A DNA stretch of 64,000 nt from Macrostomum lignano (taxonomy: Eukaryota). The position numbers were made by a program, and so were the translations under genes. The stretch is taken from NCBI GenBank assembly GCA_002269645.1, contig NIVC01000895.1:8309-72308 (forward strand), in the 5' to 3' direction. Positions 23,567-36,127 of the stretch are shown here, in pieces. The notes under the pieces were generated by a model. The model was given only the letters and a program-made list of their open reading frames with translations, did no database searches and was not told where the DNA came from. Position 1 is the stretch's first letter. Every line of letters begins with the position of its first letter.

Positions 23567-25392
23567 GCCCACAGACAGTTCTCAGCGAGACAGACAGCTG
23601 AGTGAGGAATTGCATCAACTGCTCAGCGAGGCGGGATTTACAAAGGAGAGAGCAAATTTTCAACAGACTTTGGCTCACTGGCTAAAAGGAGTCGCTGAAG
23701 TGCTCACGCAGGATGACAGGCAGATGACGGGCAGCTACGCAGAGGGCTGGGCCAACAGTCTGGCCCAAGTGAACGGCAGGACAGCTGCAGACTCGGACAT
23801 CGACTGGACTGTGCTGGTTGCTGGGCAGGAGTTCCATCTGGAAGGAGGTTGCAACAGATCTCGAAGCTCCTGCAGAGATGCCACAAAGCTGATAGTCAAG
23901 GAGGGTCACGCACAAGTGGCAGTGGGAGCAGGTGAGTGAGCTACAGCTTATCGCATATTTGCTTTTATTTTAATGCACTCTCCGCTCTCTGCGCTCTGCA
24001 GGCAGCCAACCTGCAGTGACCGCCAGGGCGTGCGGTGTGCGGCCTGCACAGGACACGTGCCACGCCATCTGGTGCTGCAGCAGTTTCTGTGATGACATGA
24101 TCAGAAAAATTCTGAAATACTTTCGCGACGTTCATCTCGTGAGGGCGACCAGACCGAACTCGACCAACGAGCTCAGAGTGAGTTTCGGATTCCAAGAGAA
24201 AGAGATCATGGCGGACCTTGGCACAGTGCAGGGCCAGCTGTTCACAATGATCAAGTTCATCTTCAAGAGACACTTGCCTCACACTCTGGGCACACCTGGA
24301 CTCAAGACCTACCATGCAAAGACTCTGCTGTTCTTCATGCTGGAGAAGAACGGCACAGACCCTTCGGCTGAGGCTTGGCAACCTCAGAATCTGATCGCAC
24401 GGCTTGTGGAGTCCCTCGACATGATGCTGAACTTCATCAGCTCACGCAGCTCGCCCGATGAGTGCATGCCGCACTTCTTCATGCCCGACGCTCCAATTTA
24501 CTTCAAGAACGCTGGAATCGGCGGCGACTTCGACAACACGAAGGCAAGGGTTCGAAACCGACTGAACGAGATGAGAAGCGACATCGGTGGAGTGGTCGAG
24601 CAGCTGAAGAGGCTCGTGAGACCTCTGCAGTCAGAGAGCTTCTACTTTCACCCGTTCACCCTGCTGCCTCTGACAGCGCCACCCGCTGCGACGAAGATCA
24701 GAGAAGGTACTTCTTACCCTGATATGCATTTCAAGTTCGCTGACGTGTACAGTGTGGTGCACCAGTGTGTGAGCGAGTTGCAGTTGGAATCGAGCAACAG
24801 AGACACACTGACGAGGCAACTCAGTCTCCTGAATGAGCAGCAGTGGTGCAAGTGCGCAGCCCTGTGTCTGACCGCCATGGCGCATTTGAAGTTCGGAGAA
24901 TCTGAGGAGGCTGAGAAACTCGCGATGGAGCTCCAGAAGGCCAGAGTCAAATGCGGTTTGAGTCCAGAAGAAGTTGATACTTTGTGCTCTCTTGATTCCG
25001 ACTGGGCGTGGAGGTTCTGCTTCCCCTGCGACTCTCCGCCTCGCTTCCCATTCCTCCCCGAGTTCACACAGACTCTGCTCACAGCCAGACTGTCGCAGCC
25101 TCTCTCCTCCCACCTGTACGTGAACTTCCGCTGCCTGAGCTGGAGTCTCCAAGCTGAGCTGCTCCAAGCATTCCAGCCAATCGCATTCGATGCGTGGCTC
25201 GAGGAACTGCAAGAAGACCCGGACTTGGAGGAGCTGCTCACTCTGGCTCGCTATAGCGACTGCCGCGAGCACGTGGAGCTCAGCCTGCGTCTTATGGAGA
25301 CCATCAAGGACGAGAGACGCGTTGCCATGGAGACGCAGGATGAGGAGAAAATCAGATGGGTGAAGGAGAAGTTGGAGAATATCGATCTATAA
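23567..25392 (+). CDS. Mab-21 / cGAS-like receptor (cGLR) nucleotidyltransferase; exons ~23567-23931 and 24002-25392
   Basis: GSYAEG...SDID, QDTCHAI, HLVR, RVSFGFQEKEI, KTYHAKTLLF, W..QNL, MPHFFMP; phase-1 intron 23932-24001 joins in frame; helical C-terminal extension. Confidence 0.88.
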
Positions 25393-27158
25393 GCGAATAG
25401 AAAATTGAAGAAGAATGCAATTACGCTCATATATATCGATATTATTCAGAAATAGTACTTTACCATATAGACTATTGCAAAGATGGAGTGTTTTAAATTC
25501 TTAGGCGTTCTTAATGCATGAATTTAAGTAGCGATGCATTTTTTATTTTAGCTGTACTTTCACTGTCCTTTAGATCCTAACGAGTATACCAGACTAATGT
25601 ACATTAATTTGCATACCTTATGAAACTATTGTTAATTCAATTAAACAGCAATTGTTAGTTTAGCGTTTTTGCATGCTTTTAAATTATCAAACATATTGCA
25701 TAAAGTAACATAATGCTCCGGAATTTTCAGAAAATTTCAGATAATAAGCATCAACCAAACCCAGTCAATCCACAAGGCCTCCTATCCATAGAGGTGTCCA
25801 TAGTCACAGCTGGTGTCATCTATTGAATGACCAGCAGCTCCACCTGGGGTGAAGCCAGAGCTGATCTCTTGAGGCATGGCAAAACCGCACTGAGGCGCTG
25901 TGCTTATTGGCGCAAAGGGTTTATTAAAGGGGGGTATTACACTAGCGCTAATGGGAAAAATCAGACATTCTGGCAGAATTGTTGAATATCTCGACGGTCT
26001 CCAAGGCAGTTTTTGAAGGTGTGCAACAAAAAGTTAGCCTGCAGGTGGTCTTCAATATCGTGTGCCTGCGTTGCTCGGTTCCCGCACAGCGAAAAATGTT
26101 AGGAAGAAAAATAACATAAAAAACATAAAAAGCAAACTTCTGTCGAGTTGTTTTTCAGACTTTTTTAATGATTTTCCTAAGGACCTTAACCGAAGCTCAA
26201 TTGTGTGTACTAATAAGTAGTGTATCTAGCATTATCTTTCATTCTGCTTGATTTAGGAAATAATTCTTTAAACCTCGGAAAGTTCATTCAAAAAGATTGT
26301 AAATCAAGTTATTTTTGTGGTAAAGGAAATCAAAACCAAGAAAATATGCAAATAATTTTCAACAGGAATAATAATAATAATCGTTGATTGCATCTCTCCT
26401 AATTAAAGTTCGGAAAAAAGCACTTGGATTCAGGTATTCATCTGTTTTTAACATAAATGAGTAACCAACCTCACTTCGCTTGGCAATATTTCACTATGGT
26501 TTTTTATGTGGCCTATTCTTACGGATTTCTAACCTTATATCTACACACGAAGTTTACTGTACATACGTGCAGATGACGAACAAAAAAGTCTTCACTGCAA
26601 TGGCTGCTGCCTCGGCTCACCGTACGCAAGATGCGTAGTTTTGGTAAGGCCAACTAACCATAAGATCCGACAGCACGCTTAAGGCTTATGAGTTTTTTCT
26701 TTTGTATGAGCAATGATGCTCGCTCAACAACTGCCTGAGGCGCATGAGACCTGCATGCTATAAGTGGAGACTGAGAGCTGTGCAGGAAATTTTCTTAATC
26801 CGAGCCATGGAGAATTTCAACGACAATCTGGAATTGCCCACTTCGTACAAACCTTCGTTTTCGGGCGCTATTGTTTTTCTTCCTTTTCACACACAGCCTA
26901 TAGGCGGCTTTCTGGTTCCTTTGTAAGTCTGAAAACTCGTTCCCCCGATCTCCATGGCAGGGCCCCCAGCCAACCGCTGAAGATCAAGTTGACCAGTTGC
27001 AGTGCAGACGGAGGGTGGGGCTTACTAAAGTATACCACACAGACACTGCATCTCTGCACCGTCGCGTCTCCCAATCTGCTAGTTAAATTTTCTTTAGGCT
27101 AAGAAAGCTGACTCTATTTGCCAACAGAATATTATTAATTGATCCAAATACCGAACAA

Positions 27159-30100
27159 ATGAATAAATTATTAACTGTACTGACCGCTGGCCTGTCGATA
27201 GCGACACTGTTTTCAATCCTATGCTTCCATGGCAAACTCAGAGGCACGCCGGAAGAACTGACGACAGCAGTTCAGCATGACGGCTTGGAGCCACCGATGA
27301 TGATGCGACCTGCAGCGATTGACAGTCACGTGTCTGACAGCCGGAACGACTCCACTGCAAACAAATTAATTTATTTGAGCGTTCGGCTGCCTTCGGTTTG
27401 CTCGGTGGAGACTTGCCGAGCTGACTACATCAAGCACCTGCAGCAGGTTGGCGATGCGTTCCCCATCCCGAAGATTCGTCACATCCTATGGAAGAGCAAA
27501 CTTGTGTCCAGCTACTTTGCCGAGCAGCTGCTCTCCTGGAAGAGAATTCATCCGGACTGGACCTACGTGTTGTGGCGCGACGAGGACTTGGAACCGTTTG
27601 TTGCTACCCAGTTCCCCGGGTTGCTAAGCAAGTACAAGTCGCTGCAGCATCACATCATGCGCGTTGATATGATCCGCTACATGTTGCTATTCAAGGTGAG
27701 AGCATATCAACGTGTAATTGCACTGAAAGCAATGTCCATGTCAATCATTTATCGATGGCTGATTGAGAAGCGTATAATCTTAAAAGTACAACTACATTAA
27801 GTTTTTGGTTGCAAGTGTCAATTTACTGTTTAAACTGCTTCTGTTCAAACTCCTATCCTTCATTTTTAGGAAATTTGCATGTAGTACTTGCTACTAGCTG
27901 AGACATCGATTTTTGGACTTTATGAGTAAAGGATTATTGCACTAGATAAGAAAATGATTATTTCACCAGCTGAGAAGCTGATTATTGCGCTGTCTAAAAA
28001 GAGATCATTGCGCTAGCTGAGACGTGGATTGTTGCACAACCTGAGAAAGCGATTATTGCATTAGCGGAGGTAACATTTGAACTAGCTACTTGCTTGCTAT
28101 CTGGGGGATGCTTGCTCTCGAGGGGGGATGGGTACTTGCTACTTAGGAGAGGGGGGTTACTGGCTACGTGTATGGGATTCTTTTTATCCAGGGGTGCTTG
28201 CTTTTTAGGGATGCTTGCTATCTGCAGGATGCTTGCTATCTGCAGGATGCTTGCTATCTGCAGGATGCTTGCTATCTGGGGGGATGCTTGCTATCTGGGG
28301 GATGCTTGCTATCTAGGGGATGCTTGCTATCTGGGGGATGCTTGCTATCTGGGGTTGCTTACTCTTGGAGGGGGTGCTTGCTATCTGGGGTTGCTTACTC
28401 TTGGAGGGGGTGCTTGCTATCTGGAGGATGCTTGCTATCTGGGGGGGATGCTTGCTATCTGGGGGATGCTTGCTATCTGGGGGATGCTTGCTATCTGGGG
28501 GATGCTTGCTATCTGGGGTTGCTTACTCTTGGAGGGGGGGTGCTTGCTATCTGGGGTTGCTTACTCTTGGAGGGGTGCTTGCTATCTGGGGGATGCTTGC
28601 TATCTGAGGGGGATGCTTGCTATCTGGGGGATACTTACTATCTGTAGGATGCTTGCTATCTGGAGAAATGCTTGCTTTCTTGGGATGTTTTCTATTTAGG
28701 GAGGATGTCTGTTATCTTTGTGAAAGCTTTATTTTGTCGTCTTAGTTAATTTTCGAAAAAAAGACATTCATTGCAAACATTTTTGCCCGTGACAATTTTA
28801 CTTGAATAAGGTGACTTTCTGAAGAAGGAATTGGTTCTTAAGAAAATGAGCTTTTTAATTTTTCCATCAATAATTTTTGCTCTTTGCTTATTGGACGCCC
28901 CTTGTCAGCTAATTTCCATCAAAGCGCAGTGCTGTACCCATGCAGCCTTCAAACTCATATTTTTCTCTCGTAGTTACACTGAGTCAGACTCAATCCAAGG
29001 ACTACTTAAGTAGATATATAGATTACTTCAGTCGTCCTTGACTCAGTCGCGCGTATACGATCTACCTTTCTCTTCCTTTTTCTCCAAACAAACTCTTTCC
29101 TATAAATTTTTAATGTGTGGTATAATTGGGCCAAAGTAGGCAATAACCTTCGCCCTCTGATTCCCATGCCATGTTGTTAGCATTCTAGTTGAGTTGACGT
29201 TTTCCAGAGCGCTCTCCTCCCGATTCGTACTTGAAAGCATAGCAAATAATCTACGTGCACTGCCAAATCATGCGTTGAACTCTTAAAGCTCATAAACATA
29301 ATCTACCATATACATATAGGTTGCTCGGGCAGCAACGGCCACGATTCACATGCGCTAAGCCCCTTAAACCCCATACTGCTAGTCGTCCCTGCGCTGGCCT
29401 TGAAAATAATCGTATCACGTCCACGATTTGCGTGGACAAACTGGTCTAAAATCAGCAAATTTATTTGCCACTTCATTGACAGTTTCTACGACGCATAGAT
29501 ACGAGTAAGCTGTAGGGCTTCTACAGATTATCTTACGTAGATTGCTATGATTTTTTTGAAAAAAAACGCGCTACTGAAGAGTAGTAAGATGTAAATAAAT
29601 GAAGAAAAAAGACAGGTAATTTAAAAAAAAACTAAAGACACCAAACTTAAAAGATGCCAATTGTCTGTCGATTCTCAACGTGTACTTCTAGATTACTAAA
29701 ACATTTTCCTACTCGACAGTCCTGTTTATCAGCATCTCTAGCAATGACTCTAAAATCGCTCACAAACAGCCAACGCCCTCTTTATTCTCCCGACCCGCAG
29801 TTCGGCGGCGTCTACGCAGACCTGGACTACACCCTCGTTCGCAGCATCGACCAGTTCCGCCGCTTCCACGCCGTGGTGACCAGAGAGCCCGATCCGCACT
29901 CGCTGCAGTTCCTCGGCATGCACTGGCCCGTGAAGCCGCTGGCGAGTCCCGCCTTCCTCATGTCCACCCCCGGCCACGCATTCCTGCACTCCGTCATGCA
30001 GCAGCTGGAAAGTCGGACTCTGACTTCGTTTAGCGTTGCAGGACCGTTCGGTCTGACCGAGTTCTTGGAGCGATACCAGCGAATCTTCCCCGTGGCCAAC

Positions 30101-30454
30101 CACCCTCTGGAGACCGTGTACATACCGCCAGCTCACAGCTTCTATCCCTACGGTGACAACCGCCTCAGCAGCAGCAGAATTCCCTACACACAGGAGCGAC
30201 TGAGGGCGCTGAAGGGAGCCTGCCAGTCGCTTGTGGGCAAATCAGTGAGCAAAAACCTGACCCAATACTGCTCCAATGTGGACAACCTGGACCCAATCAC
30301 AGACCGCAATCAGCCCGTGTACGCTGTGCACGACCTGAAGAAGACCGGCTCAATCTGGTACGGCGCTGGGACGAAGTTTTACAACGACAATTTGACGGAC
30401 TGCAGTAAAATCTTTCAGCGGTTCGTGCTGGGCCCGGAGCTCTATAAGTCTTAG
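27159..30454 (+). CDS. Type II membrane GT32 (DXD, Och1/Sur1-like) glycosyltransferase; exons 27159-27695, 29801-30454 (396 aa)
   Basis: N-terminal TM helix, IPKIRHILWK, SWKRIHPDWTYVLWRDEDL, RVDMIRYMLLFK|FGGVYADLD, GHAFL..VM, GPFGLT; phase-0 intron. Confidence 0.88.
28085..28700. repeat. ~17-bp G-rich minisatellite (GGGATGCTTGCTATCTG) in the GT32 intron
   Basis: Direct tandem repeat. Confidence 0.93.
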
Positions 30455-31354
30455 ATTAGATCTGGTATCCAATGATTACCTATGCTGGTCATTGTCTGGT
30501 TGTGAGATATCTTTTGATAAGCCAAATTCTCTGTGTCTTATGGCTGTGCAATTTTGGTTAGTTTAGTTTAAATTTTTCCAACATACAAAAACAGTTTTTT
30601 TTTACTTTTGTAATTATTTATAAATGAGACTGCGTGTTCGCTAAACTATTTAATTTTACTTTTATATTGTATACCTGTGTGGTTGTGCCTATGTCTGCCA
30701 AAATATAGATATGATTTTCATGTTCTGTGTACTATTTTGTCATACATCAAATCTGCGATCGAAATGATGAGCTCTACTTGTTTGTACATCATTTTTGCTT
30801 CTATTTTGAGTGAAGTGCGATAATATTGATTCAGCGTACATAAATGCGCAGATTCTTACAGCAGTAAACTGGAAGATTCTTAAATTTGAAACAGGTGCCA
30901 TAGCCAACGAATTTTTAAACTTATACAGTTTTATATTCTGGATGGTTTAAGAGGACTTCTAAGGAGAGAAAATCCATGAAGATGATAACCATAGACAAAA
31001 AATGAACAGTAATTATATAAAGCAAAGGTTATATAATGTTCGGTACACGCGCTCATATAAACTTATGTTTTTGGGTAGCAATCATAGACATTGCTGTTGG
31101 TTTATATCTGTACTATCGTTATATTGTCTTACTTGGGCTTGAGATATTCCTGCACGACAAAGACTGCGTATATGGTCTATGGCCACTGATAAATTACTCA
31201 ACACAAAACGGTTCATTAAATGAAATAGTCTATGGCCACTCCGAGTGTCACTCAACACAGCGTTGAGGTCTGATTAGTGTTTCAGCAATCCCGTACCAAA
31301 AGTTCGTTTACGCCAAACTTAGAAATCATTCTATTGTTTTTTGGCTTTACAGTA

Positions 31355-32122
31355 TCAAAACACTTCCTGACACTCGCAGATGTATTTATGCTGATCGGTA
31401 CAAGCGAAATCGTCAATACCAATGTTATGATTGCTGTTAGTGCGAATGCATCCCTCAATGGGCAAGCCTTTGTTGGGCCTGCCCGGTTCCCACACTTCGG
31501 CTCGGATGCTCTCGTTGCACGCGTCCCAGATCCAGCCTTCACTGATACTTTCTGAGCCTGGGATCTGGTGGCCTCCCAGGAACAAGCTCTCAACCGGAAC
31601 GTTCGACACGTTCTTGATCCACATTAGGTGGCCAGTTTCGTCGGTGTCCCGAGCGTCAGCGAATTTTGACAAGCCGGCCTCCTCGTTGCATCTGGCAAAG
31701 GCTTCTTCCCAGCTGGCCGCGGCCGAACCCGACACCTTGTAGGCCGTGCCGAACCGAGCGAACTCGTATCCGGGAGGACACAGGCGACCCGCCGCTACTC
31801 CGGCCATTGATCTCACGTACACGGTCACCAGGTGAGCACAGTTGGGCTCTGACTGTACTCGGTGACTGCACTTGTCGAACAGGAACAGCTTGCAGACACA
31901 GTCACCAGAGGGCAGCGTGAAGGCCTGGCAATTGGACGTCTTGGCACAGAAGAGGCTGCAGGACAGCGGGTCGCACAGGCCCCACACGATGTTGGTGAAT
32001 TCGGGCCGAACGCAATCAGCTCCAGTGGTCTTGTGGAAGGCGGCCTTCTGTATCGTGCAAGCGGCAGCAGCAGTCACAGCCACGCAGAACGTCATAAAAG
32101 TCCGCTGAAAGCAAAGAAGCAT
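31355..32122 (-). CDS. Secreted protein: signal peptide, PAN/apple-like Cys domain, C-type lectin domain (255 aa, single exon)
   Basis: Hydrophobic leader; CSLFCAKTSNCQAF; CPPGY, SWEEAFARC, FLGG, WEPGRPN, EGC, DDFACTDQHKYICE. Confidence 0.85.
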   Translation of the reverse strand: MLLCFQRTFMTFCVAVTAAAACTIQKAAFHKTTGADCVRPEFTNIVWGLCDPLSCSLFCAKTSNCQAFTLPSGDCVCKLFLFDKCSHRVQSEPNCAHLVTVYVRSMAGVAAGRLCPPGYEFARFGTAYKVSGSAAASWEEAFARCNEEAGLSKFADARDTDETGHLMWIKNVSNVPVESLFLGGHQIPGSESISEGWIWDACNESIRAEVWEPGRPNKGLPIEGCIRTNSNHNIGIDDFACTDQHKYICECQEVF

Positions 32123-32639
32123 GTCGGAAAATTTTTACGCAATCTTTAGTTAGGCGGAGAGTAAGTTTTCTTGAAGCTTTGAAGCTTTAAAGTAAAATCT
32201 ACATACGAGCTATATATATTATCGTATATAGTATCGTTTTAGCTGCGATTGCCTCCACTGATGGACGCTGTTTGCATCCTACCGGACGTGTTACTTTGCA
32301 CACAATAGCTTAGCTAGCAGATCTACCATCAAGTTTCTTCTCAAATCTACCTGAAGAAAACATCACCTGCCTCCCAAACGTTTACTCAGCTCTCCGGAAC
32401 CTTAATCGTCTTCTTTCTTTTTGTGATCCATTTCCTGAGTCAACAGAATGGGTAAAAACTGTTCGACTCATTGTTTCCGTTGCGATCTTTTGTTTTTTTA
32501 GTTTCCGTTTTCAGGTTGCTTCCTCCAGAGCCTTCATCGACAAGCTGCTAGACTTCTCGGCCTGGTGAAATTTACAATTAAAGAAGCTTGGCGGCTTAAA
32601 AACACTGCGAATGAAGATGCAATGCATTTTAGCAAGATT

Positions 32640-32821
32640 GACTAACGGGTAAACCTACCTGACTAACGGGTAAACCTACCTGACTAACGGGTAAACCTCC
32701 ACCTGACTAACGGGTAAACCTACCTGACTAACGGGTAAAGCTACCTGACTAACGGGTAAACCTCCACCTGACTAACGGGTAAAGCTACCTGACTAACGGG
32801 TGAACCTACCTGACTAACGGT
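32640..32821. repeat. 21-23-bp minisatellite (CTGACTAACGGGTAAACCTAC)
   Basis: About 8 tandem copies. Confidence 0.9.
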
Positions 32822-32981
32822 AATGAGTGCCTGCGACGCCAAAATGAGTGCCTGCGGCGCTAAAATGAATGCTTGCGGCGCCAAAATGAAGTGTCTGCGG
32901 CGCCAACATGAAGTGTCTGCGGCGCTAAAATGACTGCCTGCGGCGCCAAAACGAGTGCCTGCGGCGCCAAAATGAGTGCCT
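32822..32981 (-). repeat. Short inverted-orientation copy of the 21-bp minisatellite at 400-2480
   Basis: AATGAGTGCCTGCGGCGCCAAA is the reverse complement of the 400-2480 unit. Confidence 0.9.
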
Positions 32982-33563
32982 CTATTGATGCAGTTCGACG
33001 ATTTAAACGTTTAAATCTGGTTTAACAAACAATTGATAAACGGAGACACACAAGTTATTATAATAGATAATTGCTGGTTTACAAAATATTTAAAATACAA
33101 TTAAATGTAATTTGCATGGTAAAATATACCACAAAATATATCAATACGAGCTCGAACGTTCAACACACGCATCCAATGCAAAAAATTCTTTTCTATGTTT
33201 GTTTGTTTGTTTGGTACATGATTTACATTATTGTTAAATATATGAGACGTAACTTTAAAGCAGACGCAGCAAAAAAATTCAGTACAGGGATTAAGAAACA
33301 TCTTTGTGTTGCATGTTTTTCTGATCTACTAGAGGAGCGATTTTACAGTACTATCAGTAGATTGATTGGGACATATTTACTATAGATGAATATTTCGTGT
33401 GTTTTATAGCTGCATGTAGTACTCACGCTGTCAAAGCGGTGATGACTCCCGACAGACCGTCAGACCTGTTCTGCACGATGTCTGGAGAGCTGAAGCGGTA
33501 GGACACGTTGTTTCTACTGGGGATAGGCTAGGTGCTTTCGGTGCCGAGTTCCTAGTCTGCAAA

Positions 33564-33751
33564 GGGGCCGTAGCCCAGTGGTCCGCTGGCTCTGATATGT
33601 GCCAGCGGCCCAGGCTCGATTCCAAGTGCAGTCGCTTTAAATTTGTGGCTAAATTGGAATCCCGGCTTTGGCTCTGCTCGTTCAATTAACGCCCAGCTTG
33701 CGGGCCAACCCCCAAGGCACAGTGAAATGTGCAGCTTAACGACAAATAAAG
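33564..33751 (+). mobile_element. tRNA-derived SINE, 5' half
   Basis: Head GGGGCCGTAGCCCAGTGG (A box), B box GGCTCGATTCC, body matches 15803 copy. Confidence 0.8.
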
Positions 33752-34266
33752 AAATTCTGTTCCAAACATGAAAATGGCTTTCTAATTAAGAAGCGACCCA
33801 GCATTCAAGCTGAATCCAAAATTTGCGAACAGTACGAGGACTTGAAAATTTACGCTGTTCGATTTTTCTTCGAAGTATTCAGACTGCTCTGAGCTTCCGA
33901 AACAGTGACTGCCAAATCTGAAAAGAGATCGCATGCCTGTCACTCAAATTGTATTGTGATCGTGATCTGTTCATTCAATGCCTCATTGTAAGCCTCAAAG
34001 AAGAATGGGCAAATCAGCTGCAGCATCCCCTGTAAAAAATGAAGTAACCTGTTTTGGATAGGTTCAGCCTACTTCATTCCAGTAATTATTTTCTGCTTTG
34101 TTCTACTCGTAAAATAATTTGGGCCAAAAAATCAAGCGGCTAGAGAAGCATAAAAGTGTGCACCCCCATGACAGCTTCTTCGTAGAGGATCTGTGTCTGA
34201 ATTTCAGCATTCTCTTCGTTAGAAAGTGTGTGCATCTCTGCATCTCCAGTTTGCGCTTTAGTTGCT

Positions 34267-34932
34267 ATGGATGAAGCTCGAATTCTTCTGATCATTCTTG
34301 TAGTGCTGCTTCTGCAAGTTGGCTTGTCCCAGCAGCAAGCCGCGTGCCCTTCACCGTTCAACATCGAGGCCGGCAAGTGTGCATCTTCGTGAACGATTCT
34401 AAAGATTTCACCTGGTGCGAGGCCAACCGACAGTGCGCAGCGATCGGAGGCAACCTCATCAACTCGTATGAGCATGTACAACTCAGGCCAGTTGTGGCTC
34501 GGAGTGACCGACCTCGCGGACGAGCGACTGGCATCTCGGTCAGGCTGGCAGACGGTCAACGACAAGGGAGTTCTGCCGCTGGACGACATGCTGTGGGCAC
34601 GCGGGATGTCGAACAGCAACGGGAATCAGGACTGCGTGCTCCTGTCAAACGACAACAGCCATCAGCTTGTCGATCAGCAATGCCAAAATAAGCTGATGAC
34701 CAAGGGTTTTGCAGGCGAATTGGCTCTTGCGCCAACTGGGTGCAGGTGCCCTTCAAACGCACTGAATACAATAACCAGTACTGCTACATCGAGCTGCAGC
34801 AAGTGCTCGAACAGTAGGAGCGTGCTGTACAACAAAAACCTTCGCAAGTGCCGACTGCTGCAGTTCAGTGAAACCCAGGTTGAGCAGGAGATCGAGAACA
34901 GCGACGACTGGGTGAAGTTTGTGCTGCAATAA
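34267..34932 (+). pseudogene. Signal peptide + C-type lectin + PAN-like gene with two frameshifts (pseudogene or assembly indels)
   Basis: Leader MDEARILLIILVVLLLQVGLSQQ from 34267 hits TGA at 34390; the lectin helix TWCEANRQCAAIGGNL is in a shifted frame; LWLGVTD, QDCV, DQQC are back in the first frame. Confidence 0.75.
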
Positions 34933-36127
34933 GAACGCATGCAAGCTCATCCAGCATCTGGTCACGATATGTCAAATATGAACTTGAACTCAATGAGGTT
35001 TATAAAGAAATATTTCCAACTCGCATATTTTTAAACGAATCTCTGCACATTCTATTCTGCATGCATATTCCTCAAGATATGTATGTCCCACCAGCAGTCT
35101 TTCGCTGATGCATTCCGCAGAAATAACGCTTATTGATCAAATTACCTACTGTTAATTAATTTGCTATTTCTATTTACACTCCCTCCTAATTCGCTTTTTT
35201 TCTGACTGCGCGTGCATCGGTAGTAAATATTAATGCTGAGGAACAACTTCAGGACGTAAAATGAGCATTGCACAACCGTATTTGAATGTGCTTTTTTATT
35301 TTGGATAGCTGGATTCAACCTACTCCTTGACTTAAACTTGCAATTCAAGCCAAAATTCTACTAAAAACTACTAAAGACATACCTGCAGTTTCCACACATC
35401 AAATACACTTGAGCAGTTCAGCAAGAAACAATTTCAATTGGCATCTCTAAATTTTTTTTACTGAGTCGCATTAAATAAAGCAGCTGGATTTCATTCACTA
35501 AACTTTGATTGACAGGGTCTCTGTTGCTTCTCATTCAGGATTCGAACACAATGACTCAATTGGACTTTCAGGATTTGCAATCCCCGTGTCCGCAGCACGA
35601 ACCCAGACTCCTTAAAAAGCGTTTCTGTCAGTCCAATGTCTGGAAAGCTCTGTCTGGACGCCATAACGCTAGTAGTCTCTAGAAATCTCTAGAAAGACAC
35701 ATAGATTGGAAGAAGCATTTCCCTAATAGATCTGTGAATTTCTCTATTTTCTTACGAGAAGTATTGTAGACATCGACTTTTGCATAAATAGATAGCACAC
35801 TGTTATTACTAGCCTAAAAGTATACACAATATTATATTACTAGCTATATCGCAACAGGATCCCGGGTGTCTCAGATACCAGCGTTGGAGAAGGTCAAGAT
35901 GTACTGAAGACCTACCGGTAATCAAAGATCCATTCATTAATACGTCCAAATTAGTATCAGTAACTATATTGAATTGTTTCCGGATGTTTTAACCAGAAAA
36001 TGTTTACCCTTCAAAAATCAAACAATTTAGATGAATTAAAATGAATTGCAGTCTTGTTGAATACGACGATTTTTACCTTGACGGTGGATTATCTGGATTA
36101 ATCAGGATTAGCGATATATATTGAACT

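Noticed and set aside
25740-27100. GC-richer patches and short ORFs upstream of the GT32 gene
   Set aside because: No recognisable motif, splice logic or repeat partner.
33435-33500. TGATGA...CTGA pair resembling a C/D snoRNA
   Set aside because: Only about 60 nt, no terminal stem, no identifiable rRNA guide, and not in a host intron.
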